A stretch of 64,000 bases of DNA, from positions 76,508,001-76,572,000 of the forward strand of contig OZ296651.1 in the NCBI GenBank assembly GCA_965655095.1. The letters are read 5' to 3'. This DNA comes from Haplodiscus bocki. Taxonomy: Eukaryota. Under the pieces are notes generated by a model. That model was given only the letters and a program-made list of their open reading frames with translations, made no database searches and was not told the origin of the DNA. Positions within the stretch are counted from its first letter, which is position 1; every line of letters starts with the position of its first letter. Made by a program: the position numbers and the translations under genes. Below, piece by piece: positions 37,400-50,750 of this stretch.

Positions 37400-40300
37400 T
37401 GCAACCCTTCATCAAAACTACTTCTGCTGCAGCAAATGGTTCTTTGATATCCCCATTGGGGTAATGCCAAAAAGCGCGATCAGTTTTGTATTTCCTCTAT
37501 ATTGAAACTGAATTTTCGGCAAAATTACAAGGTTTAATTTTTGATCAAGATTTCACTCAAAAAATGGGAACTGTGGGAGAAGATTCGATTGGAAGACCAT
37601 TATTTCCGACTCTTCCATCACTGTCCTGGCAGTCAGAGAAATTCAAAGAAAAGTTACTTTTATTGTCTTTTTCGATATTATAACTCTTATTTTTCAGAAC
37701 CTGCTGGTTGGATTTCCCCCTCCCAGATGTCAATCGAATACGTTTTTTCTGTAATGGAGTAATTACTCAGAAAAGCTTTGATTTAGATCGTTGGATCATG
37801 CCAATTCAGACAGTCCGACAATTTCAGGTTCTCTGTTTATCCATATCTTCCGATGTCCAAACTTCCTACTCTTCTCAAGCTTACGCTTCAAAACTGTAGA
37901 TAAGTGTTCGAGTGGTAAAGTGTTAAATATTTCCATTGCATCAGATTCCTGATATTCCGATTAAACCGAAAAATAAACAACGAAGATTTTTTTTGTCCAT
38001 AAACCAACTCAAAATCTCAATAACTGCTGGCTTTAATTCCGGCATCAGGTCTCAACCCGAAACTTTTTTTGATGGACTACTCTTTTAGAAAATGATTGGT
38101 CTGTTTCGTGCATCGGTATCCTGTTCGTCCGAAAGCTGCAAAAGTTGTTAAAAAAATCTGAGTTATCTCGGAATTCAAGTTTTTGATTTTCCGTAATAAT
38201 AGGCTTGAATTCTTCGGTCAACGTCTCAATCAGAAGCGTCGAAGTTTCAAATAAGCACTTAAGTCGAAGAGCTTTCATTTTGTTCCTTGTATCAGATTCT
38301 TGAGACCCCGAAAGACCCAAAGACACTTCTCTATAATGATTTATCTCGCATTCGAAACTCTTCTTTTTCCTTATCTACTGCTTGACTGCTTCTACTTTGG
38401 TCTCCATGGCTTTACAATTGTAGAGAATTTTCGTTTGAAAAATCACTGAACAATCCCTGCATCAAAGTCTTGATATGCCAAAAGTTCCGAAGTACGCTAT
38501 TGAATTTGATTCACATCGACAATCAAATTCAAATTTCCCCAGTGTACATGTTTCTTTTTTAAGAATAGGGTCTCAATCGAAATGTTTTTCCCTTTAGCGG
38601 AGTTTCATTTGAAAAACGACATTTTCTGCTCCTTCCATCGGCACCTTGATAGTGCTCTATTTCGAAAACGACTGTTATTAAAGTTTTCTCTCGACATTCA
38701 AACTGAAAGTTTTCCGTATCTACTGACATGAGCTGTTCAGTTAACGTCTCAGCCACTAGTTTTGATTTTGCACAGCAGTATGTGATTGAAAAATTTTAAT
38801 TTTGTCCCCTGCACCAGAAACTTCAGAGTTCTATTTTCAAAAAACTGCATTCGAATTTACTTTATCTTGTTTTCCAAACTCATCTTTCTCCGGAAAGGCC
38901 GGTTTCATTCTTCCTGCAATGTCGCAATTGAAAACTTTCAGCAAATCAAGGAGCAATAGTTTCGATAACTAGTTTTTCCAAGCCTTGTGATAAATATTTG
39001 ATGGTCCATAATGCTAAAAACTTTTTTAAATGCTTTTTTTTCAATCTTCCAACTCATGTTACTCCATAACTATTCGGTTGATATCTTCTTTCAAAATCTC
39101 AATCTAAAATTGTCTCCTTGAGTTGGATCTTTTGGAGAGGAAACCATAGAAGTGTTTCCGTGCACTGGAGTTTTGATGGACCAGATTGGCCAGAAAGTGC
39201 TATTAGTCTTGACATACTTCGTTATTCAAACTTAAACTTCTTCAACTCATCTTGTTTCATTTTTCCATCAAAAGGTCAAATGATAACTTTAAAATCTAAG
39301 CAGACTTTTCCTTTGTCATTGTCATGATAATTGCTCTTTACATCGAAATTGAAGTCTTGATCGGCCAGAAGTGGCAAAACTGCTTTCATATGATACAAAC
39401 TGTGATACTCCAACTCACCTTTCTCGAAGACTTTGACTCTAAATCTTTCCATCAAAGTCTGATTCGGCACCATTATGCTGTTAGATGTTTTTTAGACTAA
39501 GGAATCTCTGGTTTTGTTGCATAGACTAAACCTTTATAGACCAAAAAAGCCTTAGAGTCCTAAATTTTTGCGTTTTAGACTGTTTTCAAAATCAAATGTC
39601 AAAAAAGACACCGACTTGAATATTTCCGTCAAGATCTCCATCGACATTTTTCTTTTCTCAAAGAAGAGTTTTTTGAGGCATTGGTTGTAATTTCAATCAC
39701 TCATTTGTGCGCCACTTTGACAGAAAATATCAAGGTGCCACTGCATATCTTGTTTTGTTTTTTCAATGACTTTCAATCACCGGCGTTCTGTCATTAAGAA
39801 TATTCAGATTCGATATCTAGTAGAATCAACTTTTATCTCCGTTTTACGTTTTCCACTTTTTCGTCGAAATTCTTTCAAAACTTTTTGTTTATACACAACA
39901 GATTTTCATTTCTTTTGGAAAACTTTTCAAACCTTCTTTTCGCAGCTTTGACTTTTGCATAGCACAAAAAACAACGAAAAGAAGGATCTGTTGATGAAAT
40001 GTAGGATTGTGGCTAAACATGTTTTTACGTCCTCGAACCTTCTTTTTTCGATAACAAACAAAAAAACCCAATTCTTCCAGTTTTTCGACAGATATAGGGA
40101 AAATACATCGAACCTTCGAAAACTTTAGCTTTTCAGTGGGTCAAAAACCGTTTGTATAAAACATATTTTTGACCTCAAGGGCTTGATTTTGTTGAACATT
40201 CGTATCTTGGTTTTCCGAGCCTCAGCAAAATGCAAAAACTCAAGTGGAAGATATCTTAGCGGCAGTGTCCGTTTGTGTATTTTTAAGTGTTCTTGAGTGC

Positions 40301-42400
40301 CGAAATTATCAACTGGCTTTAATATTTCTGAAAATTCAAGCTCAGTTTTTTCAAAAAATTACTGGTTGGCTTTTTTAATCAATGTCTCGATCGGCAAATA
40401 TCTATGTACAAAATGTTTTTCGGTAGCTTTTCTTTGTTGTGTTTCTTGAATTGGAAGCCTGATAGGTCAAAGGTGCCCAAATTTGCAATTAGTTGAGAAT
40501 ATCCTCGACATCCGAACTCATGTTTCTTCATAACTACCATCTGGGTTGATCCCAACAAAGTCTGAATCGATTCATTTCTACTTGTTAAAAAACGTTGATT
40601 GAAAAATCACCAATCTTGTTGCCTTTCTCCAGAACCCAAACGACTAAATGTTACAAATTTTGCAGGAACTTTTCCAAAATTGAAACACAATCCACGCAAA
40701 CGAGCGCTTCTTTATAAAGGTCTCAATCGATATTTATTGAACTGCGGCTAGTTTTCCAACAGCGTTGTCATCGGTTTTGTCCTGTGTATGGGACACGTGG
40801 TACGACAATATTGCCAAAAAACATCAGAAGTATTGATGATACTCAATATGAAAACTCAGTCAACTCCAATGCTAACAGTGGGATTCCCTGCACCAAGTTC
40901 ATAATGGACCAACCTCCACTAGCGAAAAAACCTTGTAACCTTGTAATTTTATTATCTGAAGTTTTTTTGTTATCAAAAACCTCCTAGGCCTAAAGTGCCA
41001 ACCTGTGCAAGTAATTATGATTATCCTCGGTAACCAAAGACAGTCAACACCTAAACTACCTGTGTTAGATTTCTTCCATCAAGGTTTTGGCTGACAGAAT
41101 TTCAATGGAAAGAATTTCTAAAGGTTCAAATTGCGGTTGTGTCCGTTGTATAGAAACCTTGATAGATTGAAAAAGTCAAAAATAATTTTACTTTTATGGA
41201 TATTCAAGCTAAAGTAACTCCAAAACTAAAGGTTGAAAATTGTTCATCGATGTCTCAATTGACATTTTCCTGCTTGCATTGCAGAAGTCTTTTTGACTGT
41301 AAAAATATCTGGGCTTTGTCTTTATTTTCGAGAGCTTCGTGGAACAAATATGACAAAAAATTACATTATGAAGGGTTTGTTTGATCATCAATATCACTAC
41401 TCCTGAACTAATTGTCAAATATCTCCTTGTCAAAAGAAACTACTATAGTTTCATCTGTCAGCTTTGTGCATAATTTGGAAGATATCTAAGCGCGGATGTG
41501 CTTCCTGCTAACTTTATTTAATACAGTGTTAATATAAACGTTACTGTTTAATGTTACAAAAAAACTTCTGAAACGAAAATGTCTCTCCATTGAAGTTGTT
41601 GATTTTCTTGGTTAGCAAAAACGCAAAAACAATAGAAAACTGCCAGTTTGTCAATGAAATCAGTGGGTGATGGGAGTCTTTCAGTGATAATTGTAAGCAT
41701 TGTCGAAGTGTATGGCAATCGAAACATGAAACGCACTGATACAAAACCAAGCTCCTATCTTGATATTTGTTGCGCATAGTTTTTCAAACAAATGTCCACA
41801 AATGATAAAAACTAATGGATCAAGGCACTGAAAATAGACCCAATTTGATTAGCCTTATATACTAAAAAGCAAAATCACGCAAATGCTCTTGGTCCAATTA
41901 GGAAAATTTAAACTGCTTTTGCGTTTTGCCTAAATTTGATTGACTTATGAAATAAGATATACTTTTCGCCAAAATTTTTGTTTGAAGAGATAACCCGAGT
42001 CTCTTGCAGCCACTGATATTTTTTGATATCAATGTTCATCCTCTTGAGTTTTCTAAGAAAATGGAATCATTCTAGAACTGCAGAAGATTACGAAATGCCA
42101 TGTTAATAAATTGTAAACCTAAGAATCGTTGAATTGGGAGCCCAATCTCTACTCTATTTCAATGCTCTTATTATTGCAAAACATATCAGTTGCTTCAAGA
42201 AAGCCACGGAAATTGTGTGGAGACGGAATTTGCCTCAAAACAACTTTTGAGTTGGAACAAGTTTGTACAAACTTCCAGATGGAGTCACTGTTGTCCGAAA
42301 AAGGCTACCCGTAATTTCACAATGTTGCCCGTAGGAGCTTCAAACAAAAACGATCGTAGACTAGATGAAATTCTTCAAAGTAGTAGTTAACGCGGACCGT
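37400..42400 (-). pseudogene. Heavily decayed coding relic(s): possible P-loop NTPase plus the ~58-aa repeat (NLR-like?)
   Basis: SRLIALSGQSGPSKL (Walker-A-like, ~39210-39168) and KLLLLDLL ~60 codons later in the same frame. Repeat motifs IDIWEGEIQPAGSEK (37.7 kb), LVQGIPLLALE (40.9 kb), KTLMEEI (41.08 kb), IETSMNNFQPLVLE (41.24 kb). LRR-like LHLEVCTNLFQL (42.27 kb). Confidence 0.3.
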
Positions 42401-43601
42401 TTTGGAAAGTCCCAACAGCGTTGACGCTTTTCGAATTTACGATTTGATTCATGATATTTTTAATTTGTTCACTTTTGTATTTAAAATCATAGAAGCCTCA
42501 GACAAACATCATTGTGGACTATGTAAAATTCTAAGAATTTTTTTGCCTCCGACACTTCTAATTTAGTAAGTTCCATTTATGACTTTAAGTTGCTTTCGAG
42601 TAATACTCAGGCTTAGGTACACTTCCTCACTTTTTATCCAATACATGCTTCCCTTCTCTTATCACTGTCGCAGAAGTCAACCAGAACTAGAACTTTCAGC
42701 AGTCACGTACAAGTCCAACAAACTTGACAAAAGAATACACCCAGTTTCTTGCATTATCATGTAAAGTTGATATGTAAATCGAAATCGTGTAGATATTATT
42801 TGTTGATTTATCTGCAGTATTACATTGCGACACTTTTGACTATGGAATTATTCTCGTTGCCAATTTGTTTGCATACGATAAGGAGCATGTCTTCGTTAGA
42901 ATACAATAAGTCATTCATTCGAAGTTTTGCCATGGTACTACTACATAAACATTACATAAAACAACAACGTCACCCCAGAGTAGAGAAATATTTTTCATCT
43001 GAAGGTGTCAAGGTTTAAATTACGAGGCTTAGCCTAGGACACCGGATCTTGAGAACCAACAATCGACACTCCTCTCCAAGAACCCCACATGGGAATAAGA
43101 GATAAATTGTCAAGGTTCTTTACGGACGAAGTAGACATCCCGTGGTCCTGAGCCCTCAATCAGTGTAATCAGATGCTTTAGGAGCTTTTTTATTACAGTT
43201 ATTACTTGAGCTTTGCATTCATAAACTCTGACGGAAAAAGAATTGAATTCAAATGATCTGAGCATTCGAGTTGTTCATTCATTTCTGGTGGATTTCAAAT
43301 CTCCTGAATATCTTAATGGAGCTTTGGATTGGCATCATTTGAGAATAAAATGAAGTCAAATTCAACCAACATCAATTAGAAGCAACATTAGCGAGTTCCA
43401 ATACTTCAAATAGATAAATTAATTCAGGTTAGTCTTTTTTACAAATTGATTGAATAATATGACAATAACAGTATTTAAAAAATCAAATCAAAAAGTTCTT
43501 ATTCGAAGTTCATTTAGTCTGCTAGAAAGTTTGAAGAAGCATCGAAGCAATTCTTTTTAATTGGGATGTTTTTGCTCTGGCCTAGTCTTGGGTTCCTTAA
43601 T

Positions 43602-44596
43602 TCAAATCATAATTATTTGGAATATCAAAACCATGAAGAATTGTCCCTCACTGAGTGCGAAGTTTGGCGACAAAGAATTTTCAGCTCCGTGTCCTGGAGG
43701 ATTACTCTCATGGCATTCTATATCAAACTTGCTCCCATAATCAGGTTTTCCAGCATTCGCCTCAATCCAGTCAAGGTAGTAGAACACGTCAGCAAAGACA
43801 ACTGGTTTCCTTTTCTCGGCACATTCAACAGAGCCCCAGGACACGACTCCTATCAACTGGAATCCATCATTGGTTTCCCGAACTAACGGACCCCCTGAAT
43901 CCCCATAGCAAGGACTGGTTTCCCCTTCATCGTGGCCAGCACAAATCATTCCGTTCACTATAGTATCATTCCACCACTCATAATGATTGCATTGCTCTCG
44001 ATCGACAATTGATATCATTGTAACCTGTTGTCAGCGGTTTCTTTTGTATCGCCCCAACCCATGACATAAGTTTGTTCACCGTGTACAGCTAGTTGTTGGG
44101 TGAGACAAATTGGTTGAATTGATTTCGTGAAGTTAAGAGGTTCTTCCAGAGTTAATATCGCAATGTCATTGACCCAGAATGCATATGGATTGTACTCTGC
44201 GTGCATTAATATTGATGTGACATTCCTAAACTCTTCGTCTCCTTCATCCGTTTGAAAGTGGAATTCACCAAAGATAAGGAGGAGTTCATCGGCTGTTGTG
44301 TTATCAACACAATGGGCAGCCGTGATTACATGAAACTGGTCATAAACACTGGCAGCACAGATGTGGTAAACCCCGTATGATGTATTCTTATGTATCGAAA
44401 CTACGAATGGGTATGCATTTTTGACAGCTGTAGTCCCGTTGACAATTTTGGGAGTTTTGTCTATTCTCATGGTTTCATCTTTTTCTGAATCGGAATGAGT
44501 CGGAACAAGGGATGCATTCGAAGAAACGCATTGTATACATTCCACGAGCAGAAGGAACAAAAAACAGACCAAACTTGGATGAAACAGTGAAGCCAT
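43602..44596 (-). CDS. Secreted S1A (chymotrypsin/elastase-like) serine protease with GPI-like tail; intronless; one frameshift at ~44018 (pseudogene or assembly error)
   Basis: Signal peptide and activation site K|IVNG. Catalytic His in TAAHC (44314-44312), Asp in NDIAIL (44167-44165), Ser in GDSGGPL (43898-43896), then VVSWG. C-terminal hydrophobic FFMVLIFQIIMI. ATTAAA on the minus strand at 43561-43556. The ORF is split as ...NRLQ* / MISIVDREQC. Confidence 0.93.
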
Positions 44597-46464
44597 TGAC
44601 TTTCGATCAAAACCTGTTGCAAGAGATTTTGGTTTTCTTCTTCAATCTTTTAAAGCCACTAGAATCCCACTTGACTTCAGCTGATGCTGCCAGTATTGTG
44701 ATTTTCTGCTCAAATGGTTTTGATGATTTCAAGATTCATCCAAGAAACCATGATAAACTATGTGAAGTAACTACTTGCAATCGAAAAGTGAAGAATCCTT
44801 TTCAATTGCACCCAACTGAAAACATTTGCATTTTTATTTCACTGAGATAGTATAAATTTATGATATGTAAAACTCTACCTTGAATAAACATAAACACAAT
44901 TTACGCTCTTCGGATATAAAAGCATCAACCAAACGAGGATGAAAAATCACTGTTGTTGCCAATAGTTTCAGGCACAATTCAGTGCTCAAAAAGAGAAAGA
45001 CTGCAGAAATTATGCTGAATAGTCTCAAGTGACTATTGTAAAACATCGAACCATTTACCAAATCGTAAAAAAATTAATATGATTGTTAGATACGGTAGGC
45101 AAATGAAAGTTTACCGAACCCAAATTTTTCTCAAGAAAATCCTGCAGTAAGACTTTTCAAGCTCCTGTTACTACAGCTAGATAAGTTTGTCTTTGATCGT
45201 GACTTGTGCCTGTACCTTTATCGTTACGCCCACTTTCGTTTCTTGCACCCAAAAATACAAAAATACCGGCGGCCATTAACCTAATAACATGTTGCGGCGA
45301 GTAAAATCGACACCTCCAATGCCAATATTTTCCGATGCACAAAACATCGAGGGCTCAAAAATGACTAAGAAACCAATGGGTATATTATTAATGGTGGCAA
45401 TTGTAGAATGCTTTATGCAGAAGAGTTTGACATCAACAATGCTCCCTGCATGTTATGCGCCTAACCAAAGTCAGGTGGATTCAAACAAACATAGCGCAAT
45501 GAACTAGTGTATGATGTAGTCATTCTCAAACTTTCTCAATCCAATCACAGCAAACTCTCGGAGTTTTTCCTTACCACTGATTTTTCTTTAGCGATTTATC
45601 CAGCATTCGCTTGAACTAACTCAGTTTGGCACTGAAAGTTGCCAGTTTTTGTGCCGGTTATCCAACGTCGAAGGAAAGCTTCTTAAGAACTGGAATCTTT
45701 TCTCAGTTTCAGCCAGGATTCTGCCGTCTGAATTACCTCTGTCCAACATTTTGCGGCAGTCGCAATCGCCTACTGTTTGTACTAGAACTCACAGTGTCCT
45801 ACCTCGTTTACAGCAAGGATAAGAAAAATGAAATCAAAACACATCAGTGCGCTAGTGAAAATTAAAACACAGCTGTGCGAGGTGTAAAGGTACATATTTC
45901 GACTCCAGGAATAGCCACGAAATTTATTGCGGCAAAAAGTGCGTCAAGAATTCTTTTTTTGACGCCAGCAAATACAGAATCCACTTTACTTCTAATTCTG
46001 TCGAAAATATTTTTGTCGAAGACTTGGATAATACATCAGCTAGTTTGACAGGGTTTACTTCGTTTGTACTCATTTATGAGAACTTTTTTTCTCAGTTCCA
46101 CTAATTTCACTTTGTACGTCATTCGCTTTAGTATTATTGCCATTAACAAAATCCTTCAATATCTCGTCTCGTTGGCTGATGAACCTCCTTTTTTCCTGTC
46201 TCACTCATAGTGTAGATACCTTATTAGTTATATCGACTGAAACAATTCAAATTTCTCAAAAACCAACAAACTCAAAGTAATTCAATCAATAAAACCGACC
46301 AATTAACTTACTGAAAACTTTGAAAGTTTCAACTGTTCAGACTAACTGATCTTGAGAGTCAGTTCCAGCTTATCGAATTGGAAATAGGGCCAACTGCTCA
46401 TCGTCAGCGGGTGTCTTTCCCTGTCGTTCACCAATTAGGCCGCATCCGCGGATGACGTCACAAC

Positions 46465-46817
46465 TGCAACTATAAATAAAACTAAAGGTCAACAAAGGAT
46501 CGAAACAGAAATACAACATTTTGATGACGTTAACTTGGCGTAATTTGCAAATAGTTGCTGTGTACTATACATTAGGTTTAATTGTACATTCGAACGTCGT
46601 AAAGACACATCTTCATGCGTTTAACTATGAATGTTAAATTGCTAGTATTATTTGAGATATTTGGGCAGATGCGCCAAAATTTTAATAAAAAAGTGAAAAA
46701 TACTTCATAATTTAGCCATGGATGAATTACAACGGGGTCATCATAAGCACTATTGTCAATATATGAACTTGTTTGCTTAGCCTATTGGTTTCTTAAATGG
46801 GCTTAATTGTCGTTACA
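46465..46817 (-). repeat. 3' LTR of element B (boundaries approximate)
   Basis: Diverged direct repeat of 57829-58164. Shared anchors CATCTTCATGC (46608/57976) and TTGAGATATTT (46652/58021) sit at a constant offset of ~11368. The minus-strand start is TGTAAC. Confidence 0.7.
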
Positions 46818-48299
46818 TATAGTCACCAAAGTTCCTTTCAAAAATTCTGGCAATAGGGTGAAAAGTTTTCCTGTGATCACTTGCAAGGTCTACCGAACTG
46901 TACTGGATAGGTTTATCCATCAAAACCGTCAATATGCAACGCTCGCGGTTGGCAAAATTGAACTCATCATTTCAATTCAAACTTTAAAAAAAAACTAGTC
47001 GCCTCTTGAGACGGTCTCTTGTCGTTTTGCCAGGTTCGGTTGTTTGATGTGAAAAGTCTGAGACTACTTCTTCTACTAATTGATCATATGTCAGGCCACA
47101 CACTACGAAAACGGTTGCATGTGCCTCATATCTGGCATTAGAGTGTAAAGTTGTTTTTAGTCCCCATAATATTCAACTGCTTTTTGGCGACGGGTGAAAG
47201 GCACTGTTAGAGGGATAGTCACTCACTTCAATTGGATATGGCCTGAACAATTCTCATAGACTTCCACTTGACTGGGTTTGTCGTTCAGGTGTTCCTGGAA
47301 TTGGTGGTAGTTCGAAGCAAAGTTCACATAGATCGGGGCCAAGTCGGGAGGAAATTCTTGCTGTTTTCGAAACGTTTTTGGCTAAAGTTTCCTTTTTGGT
47401 TGCTACGGGGTTGAATGTCTTTCAAGTAGAAGGTCAAGGTAATTTTTGGGTCGTGGTTGGGAAGTATGACGCGATGTCTGTCGAAAAGTTCATTAGAGTA
47501 AACCCTGAAGTGATTCAAAGTGTTTTATGAATCATAGTAATTCTTTGTCCTTTAGTGGTCTGGTGATTAAACATTATGACTAACTGCCCTCATCGCCCGA
47601 AAGAAGTATGAATTCAATGTGCATCGTTTTAAATGGCGTCGCGAGTGAATTGGGTGTTCAATTCAGACATTGCTCCGTTTCGAAGTGTGAGCGAGCCATT
47701 CCGAGAAAATCATGGCGAGTTTGGTTTCATAGTAGGTTTTGTTAGGTTCCTTATGAGTGTGAAATCAAGACAAATGAAAAGATTTCGAAATCGTACAGAG
47801 AAAAAGTAGGGAAAATTGACAAACATTTTCCCAAAATAAAAAGAGTGGTAGTTGGTTTTGATGTAGATGATCGGTAACTGAGCTGAAGTTCTTCATGGAA
47901 GGTTGTATGATTGAGAATCGTGGTATATTTCTTGCTCGAAGTTCCAAATACCTGTTATTATTTTCATTTACAGTTGTTGGTGGGCTACGTAGAAAACGTG
48001 AAGTGACTTTAGGTAGTTCTATTGTCCATGATAGGTTTATAGGCGTTAATCAAACAGAATACCAGAGATGCTTTTGACGAAAAATAAATTTTTCGCAAAA
48101 ACGGTTTTCAAGATTTTAGGGCAAAAATAGGCAATGCTGAAACCACCAGTGACAGTTGTTATGTTATCAAAAAACAAAAAGATTAATTTAGTTGAAATTA
48201 TGTGTGTAGTTGCATAGAAAAATCAAAAAGACAAAACGAAGAAAAAACTTCGACATGAGATCGTAATGTACACTCACGACTTCCACTTCATTGTTTCAA

Positions 48300-50750
48300 C
48301 GCCTACCTTTGATGTTTCCTATTTTTGGGAATCTTTTCGTCATTTTCAAGTCCAGTTCAGTTAACAAGCTATGACTTAGAAGAAGAAGTTTGGTGCAGGA
48401 ATTATTAAAATGAAGTGTCGTCATTCGAAAGTGTGAGAAAAAGTTGGGTTTGCATTTTTCTTGCTTTACTTCATGCATCAGTGAACCAGGAGCTACTCGA
48501 TGGGTGAAGTTTTTTTCCTTTTAACAACTTCCAAAGTGGAATATGGGCAACCGTTTCATTACGCTGTCTTAGCAGACAAGCATTTTTTTCTTTAGTGGCG
48601 AAGATCAGAATCGGAGTGAAATTCAGTTATTGACGACCTTTCAAAAGAATGGAAGGCAGCTATGGTGCCCCAGAATATCTGGACGCAGACTGCACTCCTA
48701 AGTCTGTATTCGGCCTCGACATCTGCCTTTAAGTGGATTCATGAACATTCTAGTTTAATCATAGTTGTCACGAAAAAAAATGGCATGCATTTGACTGCAT
48801 TAACTAAGGTACATTGTGCGTTAGGTAGCTGACGTAATGTTAATACTGTGTCATAGATAGTATACTTCGACGTGGATGTTGCTTTAAAGGGGTGATGTTC
48901 GAATAATTTTGGGGAGATTGCTAGAAAATCTGAAGACCGTAATGGCGAAAAACAAATTTGATTCTCTTGAATTAAAGACTTCGATGAAGTCAAGTAATTG
49001 ATTTTTCGGCCAGGGGGAACGAGAAGACATTCGAAAGTGAGTCCGTTGCAATGTAGCAGGAATTGGCATTTTACGAAGAGGCAGTTGGTGTTGACGGTGC
49101 AATCTTTTGAAGTTGCTTCAAAGAAAAATATTGTACAGAGTTGCGGATGAAAAAACGTGCCTACTTTGAGAACTGTCAACAAAATCCATTGAAGTACAAT
49201 TTGTCAACATTACTTATTCGACAACCAGACCCTGTAGTTTGAAATAGTTTAAAGAAAACCAAACTTTTTTGTTCTGGACCAGCAGATGTATGCGCTCGTT
49301 TTACTGATGTCAAGGTTGCCGCGTCTTGTTAATATCTTGAACTTGAATTTAATGCAGACCTTTCGATTTTGACTCCGAGTTTGTCAAAACGTGATTGATA
49401 GTGTGATTTTTCTCATGTGTTGGGCTTCAACGAACAAACTTTTTGATTAGACAATCGTAGAACAGGTTTTATAGTTCTCATACTTGAGTTTCAAAGTTCC
49501 AGAGTAATTCAGAAATGGTCAATTGTTTTTGACTTCATAGTTGTCAATCATCAGAAACATAATTTCCAGAAAGTAAAGGGAATTGATTGCATGGTGTAGT
49601 ATATTGTTTGGATTTCGTGTCAAGGAATATATACTGACTTTGTTTTTTTAGAGCTACAATCCATTGGTTCTCACATCGATGAAGACAACTTGCGTCGTGC
49701 TTTGAACCATTTGAAGCTTTTAGGAAGGTCTAGCATCGGTGCTTCGGAAGGGAATCGATTGGCCGACGAAAACCAGGTTTTTTCTTTTCCCAACACTTTC
49801 CTGAAATCTAGCCACCTTTTATTTCTCTGACTGGTTGATAAATCAAACCCATAAAGCCAGTAAGATTGAAAAGAGAAGCAAGTCCCGATATTGATGTGAT
49901 GGAATAGGGTTTTTCTTGCAATTGTTCAATTCAGGAGAAAAAGCTAGTTGTAGACTGTTCCTCGTCTGATTAAGATGGTTGTGTTTGTAAGGAGAGAAAC
50001 TGAAAAAATGAGGAAGAAGATGGATTCCTGGATTTTGACATGTACCGTGATCACTGAGTAATCTAACCTTTAACTGGAATCCGCGCGCATTTATCTCAAG
50101 CTTGCAGGCAAAAGACTGACGGTTTATGACTCGTGAAAGTCTGATTTCCTGAAAGATGTGGCGGTATTTGACTGTTTCATCTTGTTTGTGGTACCAACTG
50201 AACATTCAGCGTTGTGTTACTAGAGTTTGATCAAAAACTTCATTATTCGGCGTTCTACTGCAAAGCAACTGACGACCATGCACAAGGAGCATTATAAAGA
50301 TTCGATCGATGATTTGCGATTTTCTCAGACTTATGATGACGATAGTGCTGGTTTATAAATAGTTGATATGATCACTTTTTTGTGTAGTTGTCTGGAACCA
50401 ATTGAAAAAACAAATACTAAGACATCGTTTCCCTTCAATTGCATGTGTGTTCATCAAGTTTGTTCCATTTGGCCCGGCACGAAATCTGTTTCAGCCCTCT
50501 CGTCTACAGAATATCTTGAGTTATAGGGGACCTAAACACTTTCGAATGTTAATTACTTTCGGCTAATACACAGAGCCTGTTCTCCTGACTCAAGTTCAGT
50601 CAGTGATAGTATCAACCTATTGGATAATTCTGCTAGACTTATTTGATAGCCAGTTAAGAACCTTGGTCATAGATCGATCGTCGCGACAAAAAGGTCATTT
50701 CAAATGAACTATTGTCTACAAACATGCAGATGTTAGCTTCTGCTACAATT
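48300..50750 (-). pseudogene. Glycoprotein-like (env-position) ORF of element B, probably class III type
   Basis: Lies between integrase and the 3' LTR. Fragments: HGRQLLC...TLVTQR*MFSW, PELNNCKKNPIPSHQY..YGFDLSTSQ, KQLTISELL...QV*E, MLTNCTSMDFVDS. No furin/heptad signature like element A. Recognised by eye only. Confidence 0.4.

Noticed and set aside
43566-43963. Plus-strand ORFs over the protease
   Set aside because: Antisense shadows of the real minus-strand gene.
46455-46464. Target-site duplication for element B
   Set aside because: The flanks do not match at the inferred LTR ends, which are uncertain, old and disturbed by the Helitron.
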